IMG/VR virus record: IMGVR_UViG_3300035659_000001
Source: a virus
Lineage: Duplodnaviria > Heunggongvirae > Uroviricota > Caudoviricetes
DNA: 64,000 bases
Strand: one strand, 5' to 3'
Below are positions 37,144-47,278 of this stretch, in pieces. The position numbers were made by a program, and so were the translations under genes. The number at the start of each line of letters is the position of its first letter. Within the stretch, counting starts at the first letter, position 1. Below the pieces are notes generated by a model. That model worked only from the letters and a program-made list of their open reading frames with translations. It was not told the origin of the DNA and did no database searches.

Positions 37144-38828
37144 AAGTAGATGTTCAGAAAATTTTAGTACAAAATAAAGTCGTGACATTGGACAATAACA
37201 ATGACTACAAAGCTGCAGGTGGTCAAGCTGTCGTGTATGTTAAAGACAATGTTGCATACAAGATATACCACGACTCAAGTGATATGATTGCTGAGGTAAA
37301 GATTAGAGAGCTTTGTAAATTGCAACGTGATGAGATTTTGTCGCCAAAAGATATCATTTATAATATGAGTAAAGACCAGATAGGCTTTACAATGTCATAC
37401 ATTGATGATACAGAATTTTTATGTCAAATTTTCACAAAAACTTTTCGAGATGACAAAAATATCACAACTCAACAAATAATTGATTTAGTAAAAAACATGC
37501 AAGAAAGCTTAAAATACATACATACAAATGGTATTCTTGTAGTCGATTATAATGAAATGAATTTTTTGTTAGACAAAGCATTTTGTCGCGTTTATCATAT
37601 TGATGTTGATTCATGGCAAACTAAAAATTTTAATGCTCCTGTTATCATGGAATCAATAAGAGATAGAACTGTGCCAATGGGTCAATATTCAGAAGTTACT
37701 GATTGGTTTTCATGGGCAGTTGTCACATTTCAAATGTACATTGGAATTCATCCTTATAAAGGTATACATCCGACATTTAAACCAGCTGAATTTATGAAGA
37801 GAATGGATCTTAATGTTTCTGTGTTTGACAAAGATGTTACTTTGCCTGACACATGTCAACCATTTTCAGTTATTCCTAAAAAACACCTTGAATGGTATAA
37901 AGCTGTTTTTATGAAAAAAGAACGATCAGTTCCGCCATACGCAGATGATGTAGTAATAACTGCTGCAGTGACTAGAGTTGTTGGCAGTAAAGGTGATTTT
38001 ATTGTTAAGCTTGTTGCAGAAGTTGAAGAGAATATCAGAGGAGTGATTGTGTTTTATACAAATAGATATATAGTCACTTCTAAGCATATATATGATGATA
38101 GTGGTAAAAAAATATATGACTTTAAAATAAAAAGTGCGACAGTTGGCATGTGCGATGTTTTTAATCAAAAGCCAATAGTTGCTGAATTAGTTAACAAGAG
38201 ATTAGAGTTTTTTGATTTACAGCATAATCTTCTTAGTGCTATTGAAGCTGAAGACATGATGGGCTACAATGGTATGGTTTATTCTATGAATAATGGCAAA
38301 TTAATAGAAAACAGTTTCGAGTTATTTGGTAAGAAAATAATTCATTCAACAATTGAAGTATGTAATGTTGGAAAATCATACAAGGCATTTAGAGGTGTAG
38401 TTGTGCAAGATGTATTTATAAAATGTAGGATTGCAATACCATTTGAAAGAAAATCTTGCATAAATATTCATATTAATGAGTTAGATGGTCATCGTATTAT
38501 TGATGCTAGATATGATAAATATGTATGTATAGTAATGTCTGAAAAGCACGGAAAATATACGAAAACAATAATTTATTTTAATAATGATCATTCAAGTCAT
38601 ACATTGAAGCAAGAAGAAATTAGTGCTTTTTGTTCAGTCAATTTTGTCGTATTACCGAACAAATTAGCAATAGCAATTGATGATGAAAAGTTGTCTATAT
38701 TTACTGAGAAAAGTGTAAAAGAAATAACTACGAATTTGCCGTTAGATGTTTCAATGAGATTACATCATCAAGACATGCAGCCATTATTTGTTGATGGTAA
38801 CAAATTATATTCAGTATCAATGAAGTAA
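37140..38828 (+). CDS. Ser/Thr protein kinase-like protein
   Basis: AGGQAVVY, AYKIY, IH..GILVVDYNEMNFL, IDVDS, TDWFS. Confidence 0.85.
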   Translation: MKVDVQKILVQNKVVTLDNNNDYKAAGGQAVVYVKDNVAYKIYHDSSDMIAEVKIRELCKLQRDEILSPKDIIYNMSKDQIGFTMSYIDDTEFLCQIFTKTFRDDKNITTQQIIDLVKNMQESLKYIHTNGILVVDYNEMNFLLDKAFCRVYHIDVDSWQTKNFNAPVIMESIRDRTVPMGQYSEVTDWFSWAVVTFQMYIGIHPYKGIHPTFKPAEFMKRMDLNVSVFDKDVTLPDTCQPFSVIPKKHLEWYKAVFMKKERSVPPYADDVVITAAVTRVVGSKGDFIVKLVAEVEENIRGVIVFYTNRYIVTSKHIYDDSGKKIYDFKIKSATVGMCDVFNQKPIVAELVNKRLEFFDLQHNLLSAIEAEDMMGYNGMVYSMNNGKLIENSFELFGKKIIHSTIEVCNVGKSYKAFRGVVVQDVFIKCRIAIPFERKSCINIHINELDGHRIIDARYDKYVCIVMSEKHGKYTKTIIYFNNDHSSHTLKQEEISAFCSVNFVVLPNKLAIAIDDEKLSIFTEKSVKEITTNLPLDVSMRLHHQDMQPLFVDGNKLYSVSMK

Positions 38829-38894
38829 GATGTATGGACATAATTAAAATAAATAGTTCTATAATTATAAATGATGTTGTAAAGGAGCTTTTAT

Positions 38895-39098
38895 ATGATA
38901 GGTGTGTTTTTCTGTCGGCTGTTCGGGCATTCGTTTTATACTGGTAGTTTGGGTTTGTGGAAAAATACTGGTCATAATTTTATATGCCGTCGCTGTGGAA
39001 TCACTTCAAGGAGCTTCAAAACGCACTGGATATTGTGGAGGCTCCTTTACACAGCATACAACAAAGCAATGGTGCTATGGGCTAAAGCCAAATGCTAA
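38895..39098 (+). CDS. Small Cys/His protein
   Basis: AAGGAG SD; CRLFGH..CRRCG. Confidence 0.6.
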   Translation: MIGVFFCRLFGHSFYTGSLGLWKNTGHNFICRRCGITSRSFKTHWILWRLLYTAYNKAMVLWAKAKC

Positions 39099-39178
39099 TG
39101 CACTTCACCATTGCTCGGACGTTAATGATTTAAAAATGTATTATAATGAAGTGAAACATCATATAATTTTTAGGTTAG

Positions 39179-39439
39179 ATGATTAATATAATTGGTATTG
39201 GCTATAAAGAATGTAGTCATTTTTTAAGAAACATTGGTTTTACTGGTTTTGCGATATTAGATAAACACGTTATTTCGATGCTTAATTTGTTGGGATGTAA
39301 TGTACAAAAACCAAGAAATAAAAAAGAATATAAAGAAGTTGAGCAAAAGATGATTGATTTTGCAAAGTATATTGAGTTAAATATTGATCATTTAGATTTG
39401 GTTTTTTGGTCATATAAAACTGGAGAGATAATTAAGTGA
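39179..39439 (+). pseudogene. 8-oxoguanine glycosylase/AP lyase (Ogg2-type), C-terminal half only
   Basis: GIGYKECSHFLRNIG..AILDKHV..LDLVFWSYKTGEIIK. Confidence 0.75.
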
Positions 39440-39771
39440 CGATGAAATGTGACATGATATATAAAGATTTTCGTCAACTATTATCTATTGACAAAGCAGG
39501 ACAGAATATAGTAGTTTATGATGACACATGCAAGTTGACATTGCAAGTGTTAGCTGAGAATTATTTGACACAATTTTGTAGTGATGTTTTGAGAATAAGT
39601 TTGATTGATTGTGATGTTACATTAAATCTGTCAGATCAAAAAACGTTTTCACTTTCACATTTTATTACTAAACAATCTCTACAAATTAATAAATTTAACT
39701 TTATATTGAGTGAGCAAGAACAACTGTCACAAAAACAAAAATTTTCAAATCGACCTTTTAGTTTTGAATAA
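39436..39771 (+). CDS. Hypothetical protein
   Basis: GTGA overlap, 111 aa. Confidence 0.5.
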   Translation: MTMKCDMIYKDFRQLLSIDKAGQNIVVYDDTCKLTLQVLAENYLTQFCSDVLRISLIDCDVTLNLSDQKTFSLSHFITKQSLQINKFNFILSEQEQLSQKQKFSNRPFSFE

Positions 39772-39772
39772 T

Positions 39773-40435
39773 ATGCTAAATATTGATAATGATGTTTATT
39801 CACTATCTCTGTCTTTATCTAAGATTGTTAAAAATCAATCAGAATTAAATAATATATTGTTTGTTTACAAGCTGTCAAAGTATATTCGACTTACACAATT
39901 TAAGCAAGATGATGATTACTTTGAAACAGCAATTAAAACGTTATTACAACTTATCAAGAAAAACATTGCTGATTCAATCTTAGCATTATTAATATCATAC
40001 ATTACTGAAAATTCGCCAATTTTTTCTGAAGAAGATATAATTGCTTATTTTGGTCAAGATGTAAATGAAACAGTTAAAAAATTAAACACTATTCAAACTA
40101 TTGTTGATTCTAATGCAAAAATAACTCAAGTTAAAAAACAAAAATATTGTAAAGAGTTTTCAGAAAATATTATATCAATAAGGGCTTCATTAGTCCTTGC
40201 TTATCTTCAAGTGTCAAGTCTTGATAATGTCAAATCTTATCCTATTAAGGTTCATAAACGGTATATTCCTATATTTAGCATATATCCTAATGTATCTGAA
40301 TTTGTTTCAAATAAATTGAAGAAATGGCTAATACGTCAAGTCAATAAACACTACCTGCAAAATAAATCTGGTTCAACGCCTAAGCTTTTTGATACTCATG
40401 AAATGCTCAAATATTATTCAATAATAAACAAATAA
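39773..40435 (+). CDS. Hypothetical protein, possibly degenerate RelA/SpoT HD-like fold
   Basis: ALL..ITE..EEDIIAYFGQDVNETVKKL; HD residues absent. Confidence 0.45.
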   Translation: MLNIDNDVYSLSLSLSKIVKNQSELNNILFVYKLSKYIRLTQFKQDDDYFETAIKTLLQLIKKNIADSILALLISYITENSPIFSEEDIIAYFGQDVNETVKKLNTIQTIVDSNAKITQVKKQKYCKEFSENIISIRASLVLAYLQVSSLDNVKSYPIKVHKRYIPIFSIYPNVSEFVSNKLKKWLIRQVNKHYLQNKSGSTPKLFDTHEMLKYYSIINK

Positions 40436-40534
40436 TTGTAAATTTTAAAAATTTGTTGATAAAGTATTTTATTATTACAATAAAATGAAAGGAGGATATT
40501 GTCAATAGTTAAAATGCATTAGATTAATTTACTG

Positions 40535-40616
40535 ACTGATTAAAGGTCAAAAAACAAAATTGTTATACTGAATAAAAGGTATAACACAACCGAACTGAAT
40601 AAAGGTTCAAAAACAA
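40535..40616 (+). repeat. Three imperfect 23-bp direct repeats in 5' region
   Basis: ACTGA(A/T)TAAA(A)GGT..AA.ACAA at 40535, 40567, 40594. Confidence 0.75.
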
Positions 40617-40627
40617 GGAGATTAAGA

Positions 40628-41569
40628 ATGTTTACGAATGAAGTTTTAAAATCCCGCATAGAGCAAGCCGCAAATATTATTAGACCATTTTTCAAAGAAA
40701 CAGATCCCGTTCAAGCGATTGATAACATACTTCAAAAATTGGGTATTGACGACACTGATCTTGGAATTCAAATATTAGAATCTGCAGCAGTTTCAATTGA
40801 TGACGTTGAAAAATTGAAATCCTCAATTGTAGCTATTTCAGTTATTCCGGGGCCAAGATTGAAAATAATGTTGTTGATATTAAAGGGTATTGATCCATTT
40901 AAACAAAAAGAAGTTGAAATGCCGCATAATGTTGATGTAGTTAGTGTTGTTATGAAGCAATTGGAAATGCAAAAACCGATTGGTCAATGGTCTGATACAG
41001 ATTTATTACATAAGTATGATAAAGATACATCTTTTGAAATAGTTGAAGAATTACGAAAGAGGTCTAAAGATAGACCATGCATTGTATTTTTTGATTATAA
41101 CAATAAAAAAATTGACATTGACACATCACTAGTATTGTTACGTCAAGCAAGATATGCACTAACTCCGTCAACGTTTGAAGTTGCTGGTAAAATTTGCAAG
41201 GTATATGCTGTTGGTGAATTTCCAATGGATGTACTTTATGAATGCCCAGTTCATTCTAATGTTTTACTGACTGACGGTTATTGTGAAGAATGTGGCATTA
41301 AATGGCCTAATTTTGAGAAAAACAAGAAAAAATATGCATTTATTCGATTGATGTCACAAATTGAAAAAGTGCAGCCAACTGCTATTAGAGCATATTCAGA
41401 AGATGATTCAGAAGACCGTTACATACTTGAAGAGTTGAAAAGTCATTATCCTAAAATAATGCTTAAATTTCAAGAGCTGGAAGAAACTGACAGTCTTCCT
41501 GTTATGAAACGAAGATTATCTTCAACTAAAAACGGTGATCCTTTTAGAGTAATACATAAACAATACTAA
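40628..41569 (+). CDS. Hypothetical protein with CPVH..CxEC Zn ribbon
   Basis: AAGGAG SD; YECPVH..GYCEECGIKW. Confidence 0.7.
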   Translation: MFTNEVLKSRIEQAANIIRPFFKETDPVQAIDNILQKLGIDDTDLGIQILESAAVSIDDVEKLKSSIVAISVIPGPRLKIMLLILKGIDPFKQKEVEMPHNVDVVSVVMKQLEMQKPIGQWSDTDLLHKYDKDTSFEIVEELRKRSKDRPCIVFFDYNNKKIDIDTSLVLLRQARYALTPSTFEVAGKICKVYAVGEFPMDVLYECPVHSNVLLTDGYCEECGIKWPNFEKNKKKYAFIRLMSQIEKVQPTAIRAYSEDDSEDRYILEELKSHYPKIMLKFQELEETDSLPVMKRRLSSTKNGDPFRVIHKQY

Positions 41570-41573
41570 AAAA

Positions 41574-41607
41574 TAATGCAGCTCTAAGTAGAGCTGCATT
41601 AAATTTT
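41574..41607 (+). terminator. Hairpin
   Basis: TAATGCAGCTCT/AGAGCTGCATTA. Confidence 0.6.
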
Positions 41608-41621
41608 GAAGGGATGAAATT

Positions 41622-42815
41622 ATGATTTCAAGAGATGCATTGGGTTTTGCTGTAACTAAAAATATGAATCGAATAATGAATATAAATGGTCATTATGTGT
41701 CAATAATGAGAACTGATAAAGTTGATAATCATAATGGTAATTTGCCTCCTGGCATTCCAATTCCATGTTTACCTGTAGATTATCTTAAGAATAGACCAAA
41801 TTTTTGGATTGGTGGTCAAGGATCGTATGTATGTCCCATTGAATCAGATTGGGCACTGTGGTTTAACTGGGAAATGAATAAACGAGATATTGCAATATTG
41901 ACATCAGTGAAAGGCATGAATCCTATAACTGGTCAACGAATTGACGGGCTTGGATTGGAACAATATATGAATAAATGTCCTGTTCATGATATACAATTTA
42001 AATATGGTAAGTTTTGTTCTGAATGTAATTTTAAATGGCCAGAACAAAATTATGTTGCAGATCCTTGCAAGTTTTATCTTGATGGATTTAGATCGTCTGA
42101 TGGCGAAGTTAGACAATTTTATTTTACTGAAGATATGATGAAGTCAATTCCTGAGCTTGTTATTGGCAAAGAAGACACTATGCCTGCTTTTGGATTTTGT
42201 TTTTATTCATTAAAAGATAAAAAAGTTAAGTTTGAAAACGGAAAAAGATTAAAAAATATATGGCCAACTGAACAAGAGTCTGCACGGACATTTGGTGTTA
42301 CAGGATCAATGGGTATGCGTGGATATACAGGATTTAAGGGATCATCAGGAGTTTGTGGGTCCGATGCTCGATCAAAATGTAGCAGAAAGTCTTTACCGCA
42401 CTCTGCTACGCCCGGCATATATTACAGTTCACTTTATATGAGTGATGACAGTGTGCACGACATGAGTGATAGTAATTCATCTTCAACAATTGATGATACA
42501 ATTGGTAGCACTATATGTGCTATGCCAGTGGCTGCTGCAGAGGCTTTTGAAATAAAGACGTCTAGCGGTTTAATATTAGAAGAGCGGGAACGATCGATAG
42601 ATGCTAGTGTTGGTATTGGTGCAGGTGAAAAAATACGGCAAATGATTGAAAAAGATATGAGGTCAATAAAAGCTTGGCAAGATGAACCATCTGGTATTAT
42701 AAGAATTTACTTTGTTTTTCGCGAGCAATTTGAAAGATTTGTTGAAGATGGATTAAACAATTTGACTGGGTGCAAAGAATCATTTTTGGATTCATTACCA
42801 GTAGGAGGAAAATAA
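41622..42815 (+). CDS. Conserved-type hypothetical protein with CPVH..CxEC Zn ribbon
   Basis: LPPG, NPITG, QNYV..YLDG..GEVRQF, GIGAGEKIRQ motifs. Confidence 0.65.
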   Translation: MISRDALGFAVTKNMNRIMNINGHYVSIMRTDKVDNHNGNLPPGIPIPCLPVDYLKNRPNFWIGGQGSYVCPIESDWALWFNWEMNKRDIAILTSVKGMNPITGQRIDGLGLEQYMNKCPVHDIQFKYGKFCSECNFKWPEQNYVADPCKFYLDGFRSSDGEVRQFYFTEDMMKSIPELVIGKEDTMPAFGFCFYSLKDKKVKFENGKRLKNIWPTEQESARTFGVTGSMGMRGYTGFKGSSGVCGSDARSKCSRKSLPHSATPGIYYSSLYMSDDSVHDMSDSNSSSTIDDTIGSTICAMPVAAAEAFEIKTSSGLILEERERSIDASVGIGAGEKIRQMIEKDMRSIKAWQDEPSGIIRIYFVFREQFERFVEDGLNNLTGCKESFLDSLPVGGK

Positions 42816-43564
42816 TGAATAAAATAGATTTATTATTTATTGTTGATGTTACAGGTTCAATGGGAGGGTTTATAAATGATGCTAAATGTAAGATGCAAAA
42901 CATGTTAACATCATTATGTCAAGAGACAAATAGTTACAATAATAATAATGGATTGTTGTTGCCTACAATAGATTTAAAAGTTGGATTAAGTGTATATAGA
43001 GATCATCCGTCACAAGAAGAGACTTTTGTGACAGTGACATTTGACTTAAATAATGTTGAAACAATATCTGATACAATATCTAAAATTACAGTTAGAGGTG
43101 GCGGTGATATTCCAGAAGCAGTGATTGACGGCATTATTGACGGCATAAATAATATGAGTTGGCGTGAAGATAGTAGAAGAATTGCTTTTTTAATTGGAGA
43201 TGCACCAGCACATGGTATGATGTCGTATGAAGATTGTTGTTTATGTGGTAAAACATGGGGTGATGCTATTAATGTTGCGCAAGAAAAGAATGTTATTATT
43301 TATGCAATTAGTTTAATTGTGAATAAATATACATCATTATGTTTTAAGACGTTAGCTAATTTTACTGGCGGAATATTAATAGAAGATACAGATGCAATGA
43401 ATGCAATTGTCAAGACGCTTAAGTCTGAATTTGACAATATTAATTTAGATTCTAAAATTTTAGATATGTTGTCAAAGGGTCGTACCGAAGATGAGATTAG
43501 CGGTTTATTGAAAATTGACAGAGACGATGTTGTAGTATCAAAATCAAGAATTGCTCAGTACTAG
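42815..43564 (+). CDS. vWA domain protein
   Basis: DVTGSM, YRDH, GGGDIPEA, IGDAPAH. Confidence 0.85.
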   Translation: MNKIDLLFIVDVTGSMGGFINDAKCKMQNMLTSLCQETNSYNNNNGLLLPTIDLKVGLSVYRDHPSQEETFVTVTFDLNNVETISDTISKITVRGGGDIPEAVIDGIIDGINNMSWREDSRRIAFLIGDAPAHGMMSYEDCCLCGKTWGDAINVAQEKNVIIYAISLIVNKYTSLCFKTLANFTGGILIEDTDAMNAIVKTLKSEFDNINLDSKILDMLSKGRTEDEISGLLKIDRDDVVVSKSRIAQY

Positions 43565-43585
43565 CATTTTTATTTAAGTATTTTG

Positions 43586-43619
43586 AAAGGGCTGACAATT
43601 TGTCGGTCCTTTTATTTTT
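43586..43619 (+). terminator. Rho-independent terminator
   Basis: AAAGGGCTGAC/GTCGGTCCTTT plus T-run. Confidence 0.65.
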
Positions 43620-43671
43620 GCTTTATATCTGCACACTTAAAAAGTTGATCTACAATTTACAAGGAGATTAT

Positions 43672-44400
43672 ATGTTAACAAGAGATAGTTTATTAACTGT
43701 TGCAGGTGTTTCAGAACCACCATCATCTACAATATTACCGTTTTCGCATATTCATCCAAAAGCACATTTAACTACAAAACATATAGTTTCTAAAGGTGGA
43801 GTTTCTACGCCAGTTTTTGACAATATTAAAGAGCAAAGTGCATCTTCAGGAGATGCACCACTTTTATTAATAAATATACCCATGAGTATGAGTTTAAATG
43901 AAGGTGATGATTTGTTTTTATCTGCTGCTGCTTATGGTAGTGAACCTTTAAATTATCAATGGAAGAAAAACAATATTGATATTACTGGTGCAACAAGTTC
44001 TGTTTATCAAAAATTTAATGTTCAAGCAAGTGATGAAGCTGCTTATAAATGTGTAGTTACAAATGTTTATGGTTCAACTGTAAGTCATGTATGTGAAGTT
44101 ACTGTTGTTACTGCTGTTACTCAGTATACAGTTGATTTTACTGCTGGAGCTGGTGGAAGCATTAGCGGAAGCACAAGTCAACTTGTTGATGAGGGTGATG
44201 ATTGTACTGCTGTTGAAGCTATGCCAAATGAAGGATATGAATTTAATGGTTGGACTGAAGATGTTACAAGTTCTGAGAATCCATTAACAGTTCATAATGT
44301 GGTGACAAATATGAATATTACAGCAAATTTTATATTAATACCACCAGTGGGACCTAATATGAATGTGCTTAATTATTATTATAATCAAATGAATGAATAA
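43672..44400 (+). CDS. Ig-domain + InlB B-repeat protein
   Basis: PLNYQWKKN..GATS..YKCVVTN; PNEGYEFNGW..ENPLTV..ITANF. Confidence 0.8.
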   Translation: MLTRDSLLTVAGVSEPPSSTILPFSHIHPKAHLTTKHIVSKGGVSTPVFDNIKEQSASSGDAPLLLINIPMSMSLNEGDDLFLSAAAYGSEPLNYQWKKNNIDITGATSSVYQKFNVQASDEAAYKCVVTNVYGSTVSHVCEVTVVTAVTQYTVDFTAGAGGSISGSTSQLVDEGDDCTAVEAMPNEGYEFNGWTEDVTSSENPLTVHNVVTNMNITANFILIPPVGPNMNVLNYYYNQMNE

Positions 44401-46283
44401 TGCAACCATTAATTGAAAATAGAGATTACGGTACGTCTGGTTTAGATCAACTTGAAAAACAGTATGTTAGTCTACCAGACATGTTACAAAAACAAGTCAA
44501 ACGACAATTTAAAAATAGAGTAAAGGAGTCAAACATGAGCAATGTTGAAAAAATTGCTACAGAGATTTTGGCTGCAGAAGAGAAAGAGGCAGTGTCGCCA
44601 AAAGGATGGAAGGGAACCACTGAGGCTATGAAATCGCATAAAAATATTACAAACCCATGGGCATTATGTTTTACTGCAGATACAAAAGTTCCATTGTTAG
44701 ATGGTAGAGTATTAACAATGATTGAATTGGTTAAAGAATTTGGAAACGATAAAGATACTTATGTTTATTCGTATGACATTGAAAATGATAAAGTTGTTGT
44801 TGGTCGAGCATTTAATTTTCATAAAACTGCAGAAAACGCTAATGTGCTTGAAATAGAATTAGACAATGGACAGAAAATAAAATGCACATTATTTCATAAA
44901 TTTTTAATGCAAGATGGATCATATAAAGAAGCAAAAAATTTAAAGTCAAACGATTCATTAATGCCAATTTATTTTGACAGGCATGAAGGATCATTTTGTC
45001 AAGATTATAAAAGAGTGTGGTCAAAAGATGGTAAAAAACATTTTGTTCATCGTATAGTTGCTGCATATAATTTTGGTAAAGAATGGCAATCTGGGTTTAT
45101 TAATCATCATTATGACTTTAATAAAGACAATAATCATCCAGAAAATATTAAAATCATGACAGCTAGTGATCATTCTAAATTTCATAGACAACAAGATGGT
45201 GCTAAGCATTTAATAGAATATATTAGATCTGAAAAAGGACGAAAAATGTCGTCTATTAATGGCAAGAAAAACATGAAAAAATTATGGCAAGAGCAAAGAG
45301 AACAACAAATTGAAAATTGTAAAAAAAATGGGCAATTAGGCGCAGAAACAGGAAGAAAAGCATTGTTAAAATTTAATAATTCACAAAAAACTAAAGATGC
45401 TGTTGCTGAAAGAACTCTTAATGGTTCAATGACAAAAGGTAAAATTACAAAAATAGCAGCAAAAATAATTTCTTTAGGATTAGATGTTAATGAAGCGACT
45501 TGGAGTGAGCACAAAGGATATGCTTCAAGCCCTAATTTTAGTACGGCTATTGAATTATTTAATGATGTAGAAACATTAAAAAAATACGCAAAAGACAGAA
45601 GTTTATATGGCAGTATGATAAAGTCTAGAATTTTAAAAGTTGCAAAAAGAATATTAGATGCTGTACTTCCAATTAATGAAGACTCCTGGGAACGATTTAG
45701 ACGAACCAGAAAGAATCCGCCATTTGATAAAGCAATAGAAAAATTTGGATCTATTGACAATATTGTTTTTGAGACTGAAAAAAGACATAATATGATTGTA
45801 AATCATAAAGTTATTAATGTTAGATTGATTGATATTAAAGAAGATGTTTATGATTTTACAGTTGATAAATATCACAATTTTGCGCTTGATGCAGGTGTTT
45901 TTGTTCATAATAGTTGGTGGATGAGTAAGAAAAAACCTGGAGAATCATGGGGCAAAGGTGGAAAATTAACTAAAAAGCCAGAGCCTCATTATAAAGAGAA
46001 AAAATCTTTTGATGAAAAAGTTTCAGCTATTATTGAAATGGTAGAACCAGCAGAAGTATCTGTAGAAGAATTTTCTTTGCCAATGGTTGATTCAACAAAA
46101 AAATATTCTACTGAAGATTCAATAAAAACTGATGATGGATATATCACTATCAAATCTAATTATGATGAAAAAAATGGTGAGCCATTATTGGAAGAATATA
46201 TTGTTGACAAAAATGGAGATGTCGAAACATATAATGATGTTGAATCATTTGCTCAAAGATTAATAAGTGAAGGATTGTTGTAA
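44400..46283 (+). CDS. Intein-containing hypothetical (likely virion) protein; alternative start 44535
   Basis: Extein ..NPWAL / SWWMSKK.. split by intein; AAGGAG SD before M46. Confidence 0.8.
   Translation: MQPLIENRDYGTSGLDQLEKQYVSLPDMLQKQVKRQFKNRVKESNMSNVEKIATEILAAEEKEAVSPKGWKGTTEAMKSHKNITNPWALCFTADTKVPLLDGRVLTMIELVKEFGNDKDTYVYSYDIENDKVVVGRAFNFHKTAENANVLEIELDNGQKIKCTLFHKFLMQDGSYKEAKNLKSNDSLMPIYFDRHEGSFCQDYKRVWSKDGKKHFVHRIVAAYNFGKEWQSGFINHHYDFNKDNNHPENIKIMTASDHSKFHRQQDGAKHLIEYIRSEKGRKMSSINGKKNMKKLWQEQREQQIENCKKNGQLGAETGRKALLKFNNSQKTKDAVAERTLNGSMTKGKITKIAAKIISLGLDVNEATWSEHKGYASSPNFSTAIELFNDVETLKKYAKDRSLYGSMIKSRILKVAKRILDAVLPINEDSWERFRRTRKNPPFDKAIEKFGSIDNIVFETEKRHNMIVNHKVINVRLIDIKEDVYDFTVDKYHNFALDAGVFVHNSWWMSKKKPGESWGKGGKLTKKPEPHYKEKKSFDEKVSAIIEMVEPAEVSVEEFSLPMVDSTKKYSTEDSIKTDDGYITIKSNYDEKNGEPLLEEYIVDKNGDVETYNDVESFAQRLISEGLL
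44667..45911 (+). mobile_element. Intein (415 aa) with HNH homing endonuclease
   Basis: C1 CFTADTKV, block B CTLFHKF, HNH FVHRIVA..HHYDFNKDNNHPENI, C-end VYDFTVDKYHNF..VHN/S. Confidence 0.92.
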
Positions 46284-46305
46284 ATTTTTAATAATTTTAT
46301 AGGCG

Positions 46306-46338
46306 AAAGCTCATACTATTTAGTGTGGGCTTTTTTTT
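46306..46338 (+). terminator. Rho-independent terminator
   Basis: AAAGCTCATACTA/TAGTGTGGGCTTT plus T-run. Confidence 0.7.
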
Positions 46339-46399
46339 GCAAAGTAATTGTTACTTTATCACTCAACAAATAAAATAGAATTAAAAAAGGATGTGACAA

Positions 46400-47266
46400 T
46401 TGATTTACGTAACTCAAAGAACAAATAGACATGTTGTAAAAACTTTAGATACGTCTACTTCGCCTGCTCATTACGGAATTTCGTTTGGTTTATTTGAAAT
46501 TAAGGGCGGAGATAGTACTAAGCTTGCTTATCCATGGGGCATAGCTAGTGATTTGTCAAATAATATATATGTCTGCGACTATGAAAATCAAAGAATAGTA
46601 AAGCTCTCAGCTTCTTTAATTTATTTGACTGAATATAGTACACGATTAACTGTAGGCAAGCCATGTGCTATATTATTTGATGTAATTACAGGTGACTTAT
46701 ACATTGCAGGTGTTTATAACAATGCTTATGTTAGATTGCAACGGTTGACGACGTCATTAATTAATGTGAGAACGAGTGGTAATTTAAATTCTGTAGGTGA
46801 TATGTGGTTTAGACCTACAGGTATTTGTAGAGGTTTTGCGCCAAATAGTTTTATTGTTTCTGGCGCACGATTAGGCTTATATCAAACAATTGAAGCATCT
46901 TCATTTTCTACATTCACTATACAAAGCATTATTGGCGAAGATACAACATATCCAAAATTATTTATGACAACAGTATATAATTCAATTATTAAGCATTCAA
47001 ATGGCGATATATACCTTAATAATGGAAAAAGAATTATCAGGGTAAATTTGTTGCTTACTAATATTGGTGATTCAGACTTTTTATCTAAGACCATAACTGG
47101 ATTAAAAGAGGGTGTTGATGGATCAATTCTAGTATATTTGGCAGATAGTCAAAAGTTAACAAGACGAAATGAAAATATGAATTTTATTGAGGATATTTAT
47201 TACACTACTGCAAGTACAATTGCTTTAGATGCTTTTGATATTGCTGATTTTATAGAAATTGCATAA
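46400..47266 (+). CDS. NHL-repeat beta-propeller protein 1
   Basis: LAYPWGIASD..IYVCDYENQRIVK. Confidence 0.75.
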   Translation: MIYVTQRTNRHVVKTLDTSTSPAHYGISFGLFEIKGGDSTKLAYPWGIASDLSNNIYVCDYENQRIVKLSASLIYLTEYSTRLTVGKPCAILFDVITGDLYIAGVYNNAYVRLQRLTTSLINVRTSGNLNSVGDMWFRPTGICRGFAPNSFIVSGARLGLYQTIEASSFSTFTIQSIIGEDTTYPKLFMTTVYNSIIKHSNGDIYLNNGKRIIRVNLLLTNIGDSDFLSKTITGLKEGVDGSILVYLADSQKLTRRNENMNFIEDIYYTTASTIALDAFDIADFIEIA

Positions 47267-47278
47267 TGGGAGAACATA

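Noticed and set aside
40535-40616. CRISPR mini-array
   Set aside because: Repeats are imperfect, spacers are under 10 bp and no cas genes are present
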